Source of the DNA: Octopus sinensis | Taxonomy: Eukaryota | Length of the DNA stretch: 32,806 nucleotides | Reading direction: 5' to 3' | NCBI RefSeq assembly: GCF_006345805.1 | Contig: NW_021832743.1 | Span: 1-32,806 of the forward strand | Shown here: piece by piece, positions 1-12,333 of the stretch | Position numbering within the stretch: the first letter of the stretch is position 1 | How the letters are laid out: each line of letters begins with the position of its first letter | Notes under the pieces: generated by a model | The model's database searches: none | What the model saw: the letters and a program-made list of their open reading frames with translations, nothing else | Told to the model about the DNA's origin: nothing | Made by a program: the position numbers and the translations under genes

Positions 1-2
1 AA

Positions 3-69
<67 letters not shown>

Positions 70-73
70 AGAG
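1..73. repeat. (GA)n microsatellite
   Basis: Direct reading of the sequence. Confidence 0.95.
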
Positions 74-716
74 TGCAAAATATAATGATGTGTTCCTTTC
101 AGTACCTGATGTTGTATTGAAAGAATGAAAAAGCAAATTTGGCGTTGATGGGATTTGAACTCAGGGCACAGAATGCCAGAATGACTACTTCAATACATTC
201 TAAGCAATCCGCTAAAAATCCTGTCGAATCCCCAAGTAACAACTGGCAGGTATTTAATGCATGGAACATGCTTGGATGGAGTTGAAAGGCAAGAGGAGGT
301 AATCCCTGTTTTTCTTTACTAGTGAGTGTTGCTAATTAAACCATCACCCATGTTGCTAATTGCACTTTAATTAGCAGATCGTTCGCAGTCATTATCTCCT
401 GTGTTAACATTTCCTTTATTTACATTTGACAGCAGTTGATATAAAAAAATCTATTTGAAATGTCTCATCTTGTCAATCGGTTTCTACTATTTGGTTATTA
501 ATAACCAAATTTTGAATATGTTTTCATAATGATGCCTTTAATGACTTATTATTATTATATAACATTGAATTCTTCAGGCTGGAATTACCTATTAAACATA
601 TTTATATTGGAATATTAGAGTGGATGCGGATGGGGGGAAGGAAGGATATTTTTAAATCCTTCATTTACGGATGAAGTAATTTTAATTACACATAATTTTA
701 TGAGTTAAAATAAACA

Positions 717-1194
717 AAAGACACTGGAACGCCATCCTTCTCCACCGCCATTAATACAAAGATAATAAAGAACATAATCCAACCAACATCTATTTCACAA
801 AGACACAAATATTAAAGTAAACAATATTCTTGAAAAAAAATTGCTCCTTCTCATACATACTGATACATACGCTTATACTCATACATACAAATATATATAT
901 ACATGTATATATATATATATATATGCATACATACATGTATATATACATAAATATATACATGTATGTATGTATGTATATATATATAGTTATATGCATGTAT
1001 ATATATATAGATATATATATACATACATACATATATACATAAATACATATATACATACATATATACATACATGTGTATATATATATATATATATACATAT
1101 ATATATACATACATATATACATAGTTATATGCATGCATATATATATAGATATATACATACACACATATATACATACATATATACATACATATAT

Positions 1195-1248
<54 letters not shown>

Positions 1249-2198
1249 TATATAACTTAGAATAACTTAGAAAGTTTGGCCAGTATTGGCCCAGGCCATG
1301 TCTAACTTAATAGCACCACCTGGCGAAGTCTTTCATTCAGGATTTGGGCACCAATGCCATTCGAGCTGACAGTTAATGTTTGCGGAGACATATCTTGGTG
1401 TGGATGGTTTGTCCGGCTCTGTTTGAAGGAATTTGTCCAAAGACTTCTTGAATTTTGTGGGTCAGTTTCTGTTTTGACGTGTCCTGGTGTATGTTGAAGA
1501 GAGCGGTTCAATTGAGATGAAATGATTGTGCCGTATTGTCGTTATGAGATGCGATTTAGATATTTGTTGTGGACGGATGGCACGTGGTCTAAGCCTTGGA
1601 TGTATTTCGAAGGTGATGCCAACATCATTCGGACAGTGCTGATGGAATATTTTCCACATCATACATATAATGTAGCGTTCACGGCGTCGTTGGAGTGAAA
1701 ACAGTTTCAGTTTCACTAGTCTACCCTAGTAGTCAAGGTCTGACATGCCATCTATCTTTTTTGTGATTGACCGTTGGGGAGCTTCAAATCTCATAATATT
1801 TTGTTTTGTGTAGGGAGACCACAGTGGACAGCAGTATTCAAGGTGGGGTCAGGCAAAAGTGGAGAAGAGAAGGATAATGGTGTGGGAATATCTCGACTGG
1901 AAAGTTCTGAGAATCCAGGAACACATTCTGCGGGCCATATCAACTTTGCTGCTTATATGTGTAGCCCAGCTTATGTTGTGTCCACTGTTACTCAAGTCTC
2001 CCAAGTCTCTGATGTTGTTAGACCCATGAGAATTTCTCCAGAAGCAAGGGAGTATGGGAGTTTTAGAACGTCCTCCCTTCCAAAGTGGATCAGTTCGAAT
2101 TGTCTTCGTTTAGTAACATGTTATTCTTTTCCGCCCATTGGAGAACAGCCAGTAGGTCTGACTGAAGGCTTATTCGGTCATCCACGCCATTGATGACC
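717..2198 (+). repeat. Tandem segmental duplication, copy 1 (unique flank + TACA/TA microsatellite + LINE 3' end)
   Basis: AAAGACACTGGAACGCCATCC... at 717 recurs at 2203. The LINE portion ending ...CGCCATTGATGACC at 2198 recurs ending at 4212. Confidence 0.9.
1252..2198 (-). mobile_element. CR1-like non-LTR retrotransposon family A, 3' fragment (duplicate)
   Basis: ORF 1462-1716 has LFSLQRRRERYIICMMWKIF, a typical CR1-group post-RT motif. The 3' tail is a short tandem TTCTAAGTTA x2 on the minus strand. Confidence 0.85.
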
Positions 2199-2202
2199 AT
2201 TG

Positions 2203-2384
2203 AAAGACACTGGAACGCCATCCTTCTCCACCGCCATTAATACAAAGATAATGAAGAACATAATCCAACCAACATCTATTTCACAAAGACACAAATATTA
2301 AAGTAAACAATATTCTTGAAAAAAAATTGCTCCTTCTCGTACATACTCATACATACGCTTATACTCATACATACATATATATAT

Positions 2385-2472
<88 letters not shown>

Positions 2473-4212
2473 TACATACATATATACATAAATATATACA
2501 TGTATGTATGTATGTATGTATATATATATATATATATATATAGAGTTATATGCATGTAATATATATATATATAATTATACATGCATGTATATATATAATA
2601 TATATATATACATACATACATATATCATAAATACATATATACATACATATATACATACATGTGTATATATATACATACATATATACATAGTTATTGCATG
2701 CATATATATATAGATATATATAGATATATACATACATACATATATACATACTATTACATACTATATACATACATGTATATATACATATATACATAATGGC
2801 CATAGGGATAAGTAACCATGATTTCCATCTTATATATAAGGCTTATTTTACCTGATTAAGATTTCTAAACGATGAACCTTATTTTACTTTATTTACACGA
2901 TATATATATATTATATTTTTATATGCTCTATATGTACATATATTTATATATGTTTTATATTTTTTATATGTCTATATTTTATATACCTATATATTTTTAT
3001 ATATTGCTTATATTATATTTACTTTATACGTCCTTTTATAAATGTATTCTCTTTGAATCGCTAGAATATTAATTCTAAGTTTTAATAAGAATTTTCTCGC
3101 ACCATACATATTATTATTATTACGTGCTGTACATATGATTTTCTTCCATCTTGCGGATTATATGTTATTCTATAATTAAATGTTCGAATTATGAAATGAC
3201 ATGCGTTGACTTTGTATTGCTTCCTCATGATTCTAGTTCGATATATATATATATATATTTATATAACTTAGAATAACTTAGAAAGGTTTTGGCCAGTATT
3301 GGCCCAGGCCATGTCTAACTTAATAGCACCACCTGGCGAAGTCTTTCAGTTCAGGATTTGGTCACCAAGGCCCATTCGAGCAGAGAGTTATTGTTTGCGG
3401 AGACATATCCGGGTGTGGGTGGTTTGTCCGGGACTGTTTGAAGGAATTTGTCCAAAGACCTCTTGAATTTTCTGTGGTCAGTGTCTGTTTTGACGTGTCC
3501 TGGTGTAATGTTGAAGAGAGCGGTTCCAATTGAGATGAAATAATTGTGCCGTATTGTCGTTATATGGTGCGATTTAGATTTTTGTTGTGGACGGATGGCA
3601 CGTGGTCCAAGCCTTGGATGTATTTTGAAGGTGATGCCAACATCATTCGGACAGTGCTGATGGAATATTTTCTACATCATACAGTTAATGTAGCGTTCAC
3701 GGCGTCGTTGGAGTGAATACAGTTTCAGTTTCTCTAGTCTACCCTAGTAGTCAAGGTCTGACATGCCATCTATCTTTTTTGTGATTGACCGTTGGGGAGC
3801 TTCAATTCTCATAATATTTTGTTTTGTGTATTGAGACCACAGTGGACAGCAGTATTCAAGGTGGGGTCGGGCAAAAGGGGAGAAGAGAAGGATAATAGTG
3901 TGGGAATCTCTCGACTGGAAGATTCTGAGAATCCAGGAACACATTCTGCGGGCCATATCAACTTTGCTGCTTATATGTGTAGCCCAGCTTATGTTGTTGT
4001 CCACTGTTACTCCCAAGTCTCTGATGTTGTTAGACGCCATGAGAATTTCTCCAGAAGGAAGAGAGTATGGGAGTTTTAGAGCGTCCTCCCTTCCAAAGTG
4101 GATCAGTTCGAATTTGTCTTCGTTTAGTAACATGTTATTCTTTTCCGCCCATTGGAGAACAGCCAGTAGGTCTGACTGAAGGCTTATTCGGTCATCCACG
4201 CCATTGATGACC
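2203..4212 (+). repeat. Tandem segmental duplication, copy 2 (carries an extra ~450-bp AT-rich segment at ~2795-3240)
   Basis: Colinear with 717-2198 apart from the microsatellite length and the extra segment; scattered substitutions and small indels. Confidence 0.9.
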
Positions 4213-4737
4213 TTCTGGAGCTTGGAATCATCAGCGAAAGTTCTGATGTTACTGTGTTTTATGGCGTCAGTAATATCATTAATGTAGATGATGAAGAGAA
4301 GTGGGTCCAACACAGTGCCTTGTGGGACACCACTGCTGACTTTGGCCGGGCTGGATTTGACTCCTTCGACTACAACATGTTGGGTTCTGTTAGACAGGAA
4401 GCACTTGATCCACTGCAGCAGCTTTCCAGTGACACCAATATTGGACAGCTTTCTCAAAAGGATCTTATGATCAACCCTGTCAAAGGCCTTGCTGAAATCA
4501 AGGAAGATGACATCAGTGTTGGAGCCCTCCCCAAGGCTCTCAAAATGACATCAAAATGATGCAGTAGCTGCGTCAGGCAATCTCTTCCATTACGGAATCC
4601 ATGCTGGTTGGAGTTCAGCATATTAGACTCTTGAGGAAGTGAGTCATACGCGATCTCAGCACTCTCTCAAATCCTTAATGATATGAGAGGTGAGTGAGAT
4701 TGGACGGTAATTCACGGCACGGCAAGCGATTTGTTTC
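3263..4737 (-). mobile_element. CR1-like non-LTR retrotransposon family A, RT to 3' end, decayed
   Basis: ORF 3744-4457 has GVPQGTVL, FADD, RDLGV and LEYCCPLWS. NYRPISLTSH is readable at ~4680-4715, and homology stops at 4737. Confidence 0.9.
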
Positions 4738-4776
4738 ATACATATATACATATATATATATATTTATATACATAAA

Positions 4777-5170
4777 TGCATGCATTCATACATATAGACG
4801 TGTCTATACCCACATACGCATATATACTATCTAAAACAAAAGAAAACCCGATCATGTCCAAAGGTTAGTACTGGATAGGGTGAGTACTTTACATAGTTTT
4901 AGGGTGTATTAAATGTAAATTATAAGCTAGTCAATGTTTATTGTTAAAGTGAACAGCAGAAAATTTGCATGTGTATGTTGTCTCTTCGCAGGAATGCAAG
5001 CGTGCCCTTCGCATGCGAAAAACAAACGCACCTACATCTTAAACTGTCATGTCTTTTATTGATATGTAAAGGGAAGTAACTCTAAAAGTTTATTTTCAGT
5101 TATCTCCCATAATTATGTAGTTAAGAGAATATAAACTTTTCTGGTTATTTTCTGTTTTGTACACTTAATT
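4777..5170. repeat. ~390-bp unclassified repeat module, copy 1
   Basis: Alignable by eye to 19600-19938 and 24534-24920 (e.g. CATATATACTATCTAAAACAAAA, AATGTAAATTATAAGCTAGTCAATGTTTATT). Confidence 0.85.
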
Positions 5171-5270
5171 TTCAATCATTTGACTGCGGCCATGGTGGAG
5201 CAATGCCATTATTCGTGCTAATCGACACCAGGACTTATACTTTGTAGGCCTAGTATTTAAACTATCGGCC
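5171..5270 (-). mobile_element. SINE 3' tail fragment
   Basis: TTTGACTGCGGCCATGGTGGAGCAATGCC...CCAGGACTTATACTTTGTAGGCCTAGTA motif shared with the other SINE copies. Confidence 0.75.
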
Positions 5271-5280
5271 ACACACACAC

Positions 5281-5352
<72 letters not shown>

Positions 5353-5365
5353 ACATATATATATT

Positions 5366-5763
5366 CCATGCCGCAGCAGCACCTTTATTCGCCAAATTCG
5401 AACCCAATACTTATTTTTGTAGGCCTAGTATTAATCTATTTTCTCTTATGACGAAACGCTAAGTTACGGGGACATGAACACTCCAGCACCGGTTGTCAAG
5501 CGGTGTTGGAGGGATAAACAGACATACAAACGTGTATATATATATATATATATATACCCCCCCCCACACACATATATGTGTATATATATGTTTGTGTGAG
5601 TGTGTGTGTGTGTGTATGCTCCGCCTATCAATTCCACTCACAAGGATTGGTCGGCACGAGTCTATAGTAGAAGACACTAGCCCAAGATACCATGCAGTGG
5701 GACTGAACCAAGAACACTGCGTTTCGTAGGGAAGCTACTTATCACACAGCCATTCCTACGCCT
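5366..5763 (-). mobile_element. tRNA-derived SINE, near full length (octopus-type, microsatellite in middle)
   Basis: Minus strand begins AGGCGTAGGAATGGCTGTGTGATAAG (A-box-like), then GGTTCAGTCCC (B-box-like). Central CA/TA tract; body with CGCTAAGTTACGGGGAC. Confidence 0.8.
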
Positions 5764-5767
5764 ATCA

Positions 5768-5798
<31 letters not shown>

Positions 5799-5820
5799 GT
5801 GTGTGTAAATATATCTCAGT

Positions 5821-6015
5821 GGGGGGTTGCCTGCTTACCAACCACACGGTTCCTGGTGCAGTCCCACCGCGTGGCAGCTTAGACAAGTGTTTTCTTCTAT
5901 CGTCCCGGGTCGACTAATCCTTATGATTCGATTTCGTATCGGAAACTGAAAAAAGCCCGTCGTACAGAAGTGTATATATGTGTACGATTGTGTGCCTCTG
6001 TTTGTCCCTACTACC
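5821..6015 (+). mobile_element. tRNA-derived SINE 5' half, head-to-head with 5366-5763
   Basis: CCAACCACACGGTTCCTGGTGCAGTCCCACCGCGTGGCA...GGAAACTGAAAAAAGCCCGTCG. Confidence 0.75.
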
Positions 6016-6179
6016 ATCAGAAAACTACATAAACACCTAACCCTGCTTCAAGCCAATAGCTTCTACGAAAAAATCAACAACTACAGTCAATCAAATATAA
6101 TGACCAAATGATTTTCTCTTATCTATCGGTTCCAACTAGATTTAACAAACAATGAGGCAAATTACTTGACTAGATCTGA

Positions 6180-6276
6180 CTGCATATGTATGCATATATA
6201 TATAATATATTATATATTATATTATAATATATTATATATGCATATAATATACGTAGTTATATACATGTATATACAT

Positions 6277-6328
<52 letters not shown>

Positions 6329-6335
6329 ATATATA

Positions 6336-6410
<75 letters not shown>

Positions 6411-6477
6411 TATATATATATAATATATGTTATATATATATATGTATATATATCTATATATGTATATATATATATAT

Positions 6478-6562
<85 letters not shown>

Positions 6563-6565
6563 TAT

Positions 6566-6619
<54 letters not shown>

Positions 6620-6620
6620 T
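6180..6620. repeat. (TA)n microsatellite
   Basis: Direct reading of the sequence. Confidence 0.95.
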
Positions 6621-6872
6621 AGGGCGGGGGAACGAATAGCTTATGACGATACCATGGTATGCTTTGCTTTCTGACTTTTTAATCATCTCATAATAATGAC
6701 TTTTATTACTACCTCATCCCATCTAAAAGTATATATCTGTCGTTACCTTTCATAAAAAGCTTTTTCTTTTTTTATTTACAATGTGCATTTTCGTTGATTT
6801 TTTTTTATTCTCCCCTTAAATTTTCACGTGTATTTTATATTTTCCTTTTGTAACATATTTCAAGCTTAACTG

Positions 6873-9800
6873 TTACTGGCGGTGTGATCGAATGTGACTT
6901 TTTAGCCCAGTCTTGTACAGAATTGGCAACTAAAACCTTTACCGGTAATAGCCGGCTGTAGTTGTAACTGGGCTTCATGTACCTGTGCATGTTTTTTAAG
7001 TCCTCCTGCCGAATTACACTCTCTTTTGCATGCCCGGCAGATATTATTTGTATGGTGTGTTACACCACCACCAGTGGCCAGGTTGTCACTCATCTTTCTC
7101 GCTTTATGACTACGAAGATGACTCTTGAGTCCAGCTTTTCTGAGGCAGGGTCTTGCACAGACACTGCATGTCAGCATCATAGGAAGACCCTTCCCATCTG
7201 GAAGTGTATCAGCGATGCGCTTCCTGACATCCCTCCTTACTTTCTTATGTGCCACTCGAGATTTCTCAAAAGTGGCTGTCCCCTCGTACACAATCCTTCT
7301 CCACCTGCTACGATCAATAACTATGCCTTCCCATGTGTCAGGAGAGATGCAAGCATCTTTTAAGGAAGCCTTCAGCAAGTCCTTATACCTCTCTTTTGGT
7401 TTATGTGGAGGTTGTTCTCCTTTAGCTAACTCTCCATGAAAGAGTTGTTTTGGCATCCTTGAATCCTTCATCCTGACCAGATGACCACTCCATCTGAGCC
7501 TTCGCTTTAACACAAGAGCTCTTCTACACTTTCACACCGAGAGCCTTCCAATATTTCAAGATCACTGATGCGGTCCTTCCACTTAATGCCATAGATCCGT
7601 CTAAGACACATCTGATGGAAACGTTCCAGTTGTTTAAAGTGGTATCGATATGTGACTCACGTCTCGCAGGCATAGAGAAGAGAAGGGAGCACACATGCCT
7701 TGTACACATTTATCTTTGTCTTTCTGCATATGTCTCGCCGACTCCAGAGGCGCTTTTCTACCCTTCCGAAAGCAACACTTGCTTTCCTAATTCTATGTGG
7801 AATTTCATCATCCAAATTGCTATATCTATTAATAGTGCTTCCCAGGTAGACAAACTGATCAACTACATCAAGTCGTTTAAGATACACATAGATATTTGGT
7901 ACACTATACTGCTTACCAGGGGCAGATTGATGCATGACAACAGTTTTCTTGAGATTCACTGTCAATCCTAAGGCAGTGCAAGCATCAGAGAATGCATTAA
8001 AAATGTGTTGCATACCAATCTCTGTGTGTGCTACTAGATCACAATCATCTGCATACAAAAGGTCTCTCATGATAGAGGTAAATGCATTTGTTTTCGCAGC
8101 AAGGCGCCTGATATTAAATATGCTGCCAGAGGTTCGATAATGGATGTAAACACCGTATCTGCAGTTTCTGAATGCAATACAGAACACCATCGCAAGATAT
8201 ATGGCAAATAGGGTCGGTGCCAGGATATCCCCCTATTTCCATTTTGTATTGCAATGGGCTCCGACATTTTCCCTCTAACATTCACCCTACCATTCATGTC
8301 TTCATGAAAAGACCTAACCAAAGCAAGGAACTTTTCAGGACACCCACGTTTCTGGAGGACTTTCCATAATGCTTTTCTATTGACGGTATCAAAGGCTTTT
8401 GTCAGATCTACAAAAACCTGATACAAATCCAGACCCTGTTCCACACTTCTCCTGAAGCTGTCTAGCTGAAAAGATTATATCAGCAGTGCCACATCCCACA
8501 CGAAAGCCAGATTGACTTTCTTGAAGAACACAGTCTGCAACGGATTTCAGCAGACGATCCAAAAGTACAAGTGCATAAAACCTTTCCTACAACAGACAGC
8601 AATGATACTCTCCTATAATTACCACAATCATTCTTGCTGCCCTTTCCCTTCCACCATTACTGTATCTCTCCAGTCCTCGTACAGATTCACTTGTCCATAT
8701 CTTACCAAACAAAGAGTGAAGTTTCTGCAGAAGTTTCTCACCACCATACTGTAACAACTCCGCATGTATGCCATCCATACCCGGAGACTTCCCATTATTC
8801 AACCTTGAGACAGCCATTGCAACGTCTTCCAACTTTCGTGGTTCTGCGAGTGCTGCCTTCACAGGCAATCCAGGGATGAGATTGAGAACATCCTCACTAA
8901 CTACAGACTGTTGATTCAAAAGTTCATCAAAGTGTTCTTGCCACCTTCGCAGAATTCCTTGTGAATCATGAAGAACTTCTTTACCATCCCTGCTTCGAAT
9001 TGGTGTCATCAGGGAAGACGTCGGTCCATAAACTTCTCGCAAGAGACCATACAGCAACTTTTGTGTATTGGAATCTCATGCCGCCTGTATCTCGTCAGCC
9101 TTCTTACTCCACCACGTATCCCTCATCTGAGAGAGCCTTTGCTTCACACGTGATTTTACGTCCTTGAGTTCCCTATGCAACACTTCCCTTTCCTGTGACT
9201 TTGCTGACAAATAGCGTGACAAAGTACGCCTTTTATCAGCCAATAAATCATCTATATGTTCATCATTTTCTTTGAACCAATCTTGATGCTTTCTTTGTAT
9301 CAATCCCAGAAACTTCCTGCCTATATCATAAACTGACTTTTTGAGGTTCGGCCAATCTTCCCCAATATCTGCAGCATTCATTTCCTCTCGTAAAGTTCTC
9401 TTCACACTATTATACCAACATTCAGTCTTTTAGGCAGGATCATCTCTGCAGCTCGGATTTTATGTTTTGTGACTAATTTCACTGTTGCACGTCGTACTAG
9501 GCGGTGGTCAGTCCAACACTCAGCTCCACGAAGAACACGATCACACTGCACATCCTGTCTGTCACGCACCCTAACTAGGATGTAATCCAGAATATGCCAT
9601 TCTTTAGTCCTAAGCTTATTCTTTGGTTGAAACATGGTATTGGTAACACACAGACTCAGCTCTTCACACATCTGCAGCAAAAGCATGTCATTACTATTAC
9701 ACTTCCCCCCACCCATGCTTTCCAATTACAGTCCATGTGTTAAGATCCCTACCCACTCTAGCATTAAAGTCACCCAGTACGATGACTTTGTCTGCCCGAG

Positions 9801-9938
9801 GGATATTTCTCATAATGCCCTTCAAAGCATGGTAGAAAGAAAGTTTTTGTCTCAGATAAAGCAACAATGTCAAGATCATAGCGTTGAAGCTCCTTCGCAA
9901 CAAAGCGCAGTCCTTCTTTCAGGACATTCAGAGGACTT
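6873..9938 (-). mobile_element. RTE-clade LINE copy 1, 5'-truncated, frameshifted (APE + RT + C-terminal C2H2-like fingers)
   Basis: Fragments read VLGDFNARVG, WTDHRLV, KSPGMDGI, FVDLTKAFDTVNR, LLYADD, YLGS, LRWSGHLVRM and CSVCARPCLRKAGLKSHLRSH. The 3' UTR may extend toward ~6620 (uncertain). Confidence 0.92.
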
Positions 9939-10169
9939 AGTAGATTGATTGCATATTTCTTTCATTATTTCATCAAAGCTTTCTTAGTCCAAAAAATGCC
10001 GATATTGGAATTTTTTGAAATTCTCCCCACCTCTAGGATAAACTTTTTCTAAAAGAATTCCAATATAATCAGCATGTACACAATATGTCAAAAGTTTTAC
10101 TAAAAATATGAACCTTTCTTCCAGTTAAAAGGAGGCAAAATCGAGGGTCATATTTGTGTAGAGAAATAA

Positions 10170-10293
10170 CCCATAGGCATTCGATACAGATTGTGTACGT
10201 ATGAGCCAAAAATAGTTTGTGTGAGATTTGGCTGCTTTTTGTAGCATGTAGATATCCTGTTTGAAGCCCGTAGAATCGGGAGGGGTGGAGGTT
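10170..10293 (+). repeat. Unclassified ~125-bp repeat (copies at 10951-11062 on minus and 11979-12101 on plus), possibly a DNA-transposon/MITE remnant
   Basis: Shared CATTCGATACAGA...GCATGTAGATATCCTGTTTGAAGCCCGTAGAATCGGGAGG. No termini or TSD identified. Confidence 0.7.
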
Positions 10294-10339
10294 GAAGCAG
10301 ATTGAGATGGCAACTTCAATAGTCGGGTAGTATGATAAA

Positions 10340-10505
10340 AGCACCGAGCCCATGCTGTGAGTTGGTTGATGTTAGGAAAGGCATCTAACCAGAAATAGGA
10401 GACCAAAGCAGACATTTGAGCGGAGTGCAGTCCTTGGATCCTGTCCAGTCCAAGCCAGAAAGGAACATGGATGTTAGGTGATGACGACAATGATGATGAT
10501 GTTAT
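10340..10505 (+). mobile_element. SINE 3' part of a second family ending in (GAT)n; partial second copy at ~11245-11320
   Basis: GTTAGGAAAGGCATC...CAGTCCTTGGATCCTGTCCAG...GATGTTAG(GAT)n. AGTGCAGTCCTTGGATCCTGTCCAG recurs at ~11248. Confidence 0.6.
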
Positions 10506-10539
10506 TTACTCTGTTGATGATGACAATCAAGGCTATAAA

Positions 10540-10546
10540 TGTATAA

Positions 10547-10580
<34 letters not shown>

Positions 10581-10583
10581 TAT

Positions 10584-10664
<81 letters not shown>

Positions 10665-10665
10665 A

Positions 10666-10696
<31 letters not shown>

Positions 10697-10701
10697 AATA
10701 T

Positions 10702-10782
<81 letters not shown>

Positions 10783-10815
10783 TTATATATGTATGTATGT
10801 ATGTATGTATGTGTG
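10540..10815. repeat. (TA)n/(TATG)n microsatellite
   Basis: Direct reading of the sequence. Confidence 0.95.
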
Positions 10816-11371
10816 TATGTATAGGCGTATATGGCGCAGATTTAACTCACCCTTCCCACTTTTTTGTGAAATACGTAGAAAAGATTGGAGATAGTGATTC
10901 TGAAAAAAGTCATTGTTTGTAAAATGACATTTATTCAAAAGAAAAAAATAAACCTCACCTCCCGATTCTACGGTTTTCAACCAGGCTATCTACATGCTAG
11001 AATAACAGCCATACCTCGAGCGAACTTTTTGGGGCACATAATTACAGCCTCTGTATCGAATGCTTTGCATTTTACCCCATGGGGCAACGGAGTCACTTCG
11101 TTACTATCATCTATCTCTTGTAGTTCCTTCTTTTCATTTTCTCTTTCTTTCTCCTTCCGTTCTGTGGAAGTGCATGGCTCAGTGGTGAGATCGTCAGGCT
11201 CACACTCTCGAGATAGTGAGATCGATTCATGGAACGGATCTGCGCACAGTGCAGTCCTTGGATCCTGTCCAGCCCATGCCAGAAAATAACAGGGATGTTA
11301 GATGATGATGAGAATCAAGGAAATGATGAACATGATTATAAGCAATTTAGAATTGTTTTGTAAATGATTAT

Positions 11372-11432
<61 letters not shown>

Positions 11433-11434
<2 letters not shown>

Positions 11435-11790
11435 GTGTGTGTTAATTAGCTTGCTAACGAACGACATGGTTCCTGGTTCAGTCCCACTGCGTGCTACCTT
11501 GGGCATGTGACTTCTACTATAGCCTCAGGACGACCAAGGCCTTGTGAGTGGATTTGGTAGACGAAAACTGAAAAAACCCATCGTATATTTATATATATAT
11601 ATATATACGTGTGTATGTTTGTGTGTGTGTGTTGGTTTGTGTGTGTTTGTGTGTGTGTATGTGTGTATTTATGTTTGTGTGTCTGTGTGTGTCCCCGCAA
11701 CATCGCTTGATTACCGATGCTTGTGTTTTTACGACCCCGTCTCTTAGCATTTCGTTAAAATGAGAGAGATTAAATAAATAAAAGGCTTTC
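11433..11790 (+). mobile_element. tRNA-derived SINE
   Basis: CATGGTTCCTGGTTCAGTCCCACTGCGTG...GTGAGTGGATTTGGTAGACG...CATCGCTTGATTACCGATGC, same family as 5366-5763. Confidence 0.8.
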
Positions 11791-11846
11791 AAAAAATATC
11801 TCCTACGGCCGGTTTGCCTCTCCAAATGCGGTAAAGAACAAAATTA

Positions 11847-11894
<48 letters not shown>

Positions 11895-11895
11895 A

Positions 11896-11926
<31 letters not shown>

Positions 11927-12333
11927 GTATATGCATGTGTGTGAAGCAAAATTGAAGGGTACAATTGTGTAGGAATATCCCATAGGCGTTCGATACAGAG
12001 TATATACGTATGTTCCAAAAACAGTTTGTGTGCGATTTGCTGCTTTTTCTAGCATGTGGATATCCTGTTTGAAGCCCATAGAATCGGGAGGGGAGAGGGT
12101 TGCAGATTTTTTTATCTTATTTTGGAAAATTTCCAGAATCATGATCTCGTTTTTTTTTATCACCTATTTTGCCCCAAAGAAATTTTGAAAAGCGAAAAAT
12201 GAAGAATGGAGGGTGCAATTGAAATTTTTTTATCGGTATCTCCATAACCGAAAACATGGTTCTCCGTAAAAAATACAAAAACGTGTTAGGGGTTGGTTAC
12301 GTCTCCACAATGTGTACCTCACCTTACCACCAA

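Noticed and set aside
140-290. GGGATTTGAACTC B-box-like motif as a tRNA gene
   Set aside because: No cloverleaf; most likely a decayed SINE head.
790-1260. Many 60-200 aa ORFs rich in Y/I/M/C/V/H/T here and throughout the window
   Set aside because: These are translations of (TA)n, (TACA)n and (CA)n microsatellites with no domain content.
3188-3235. Hammerhead-like remnant on the minus strand (ATGAGGA AGCAATAC...CAACGCATGTC)
   Set aside because: C3, GAAA and stem II are all defective; too degenerate to call.
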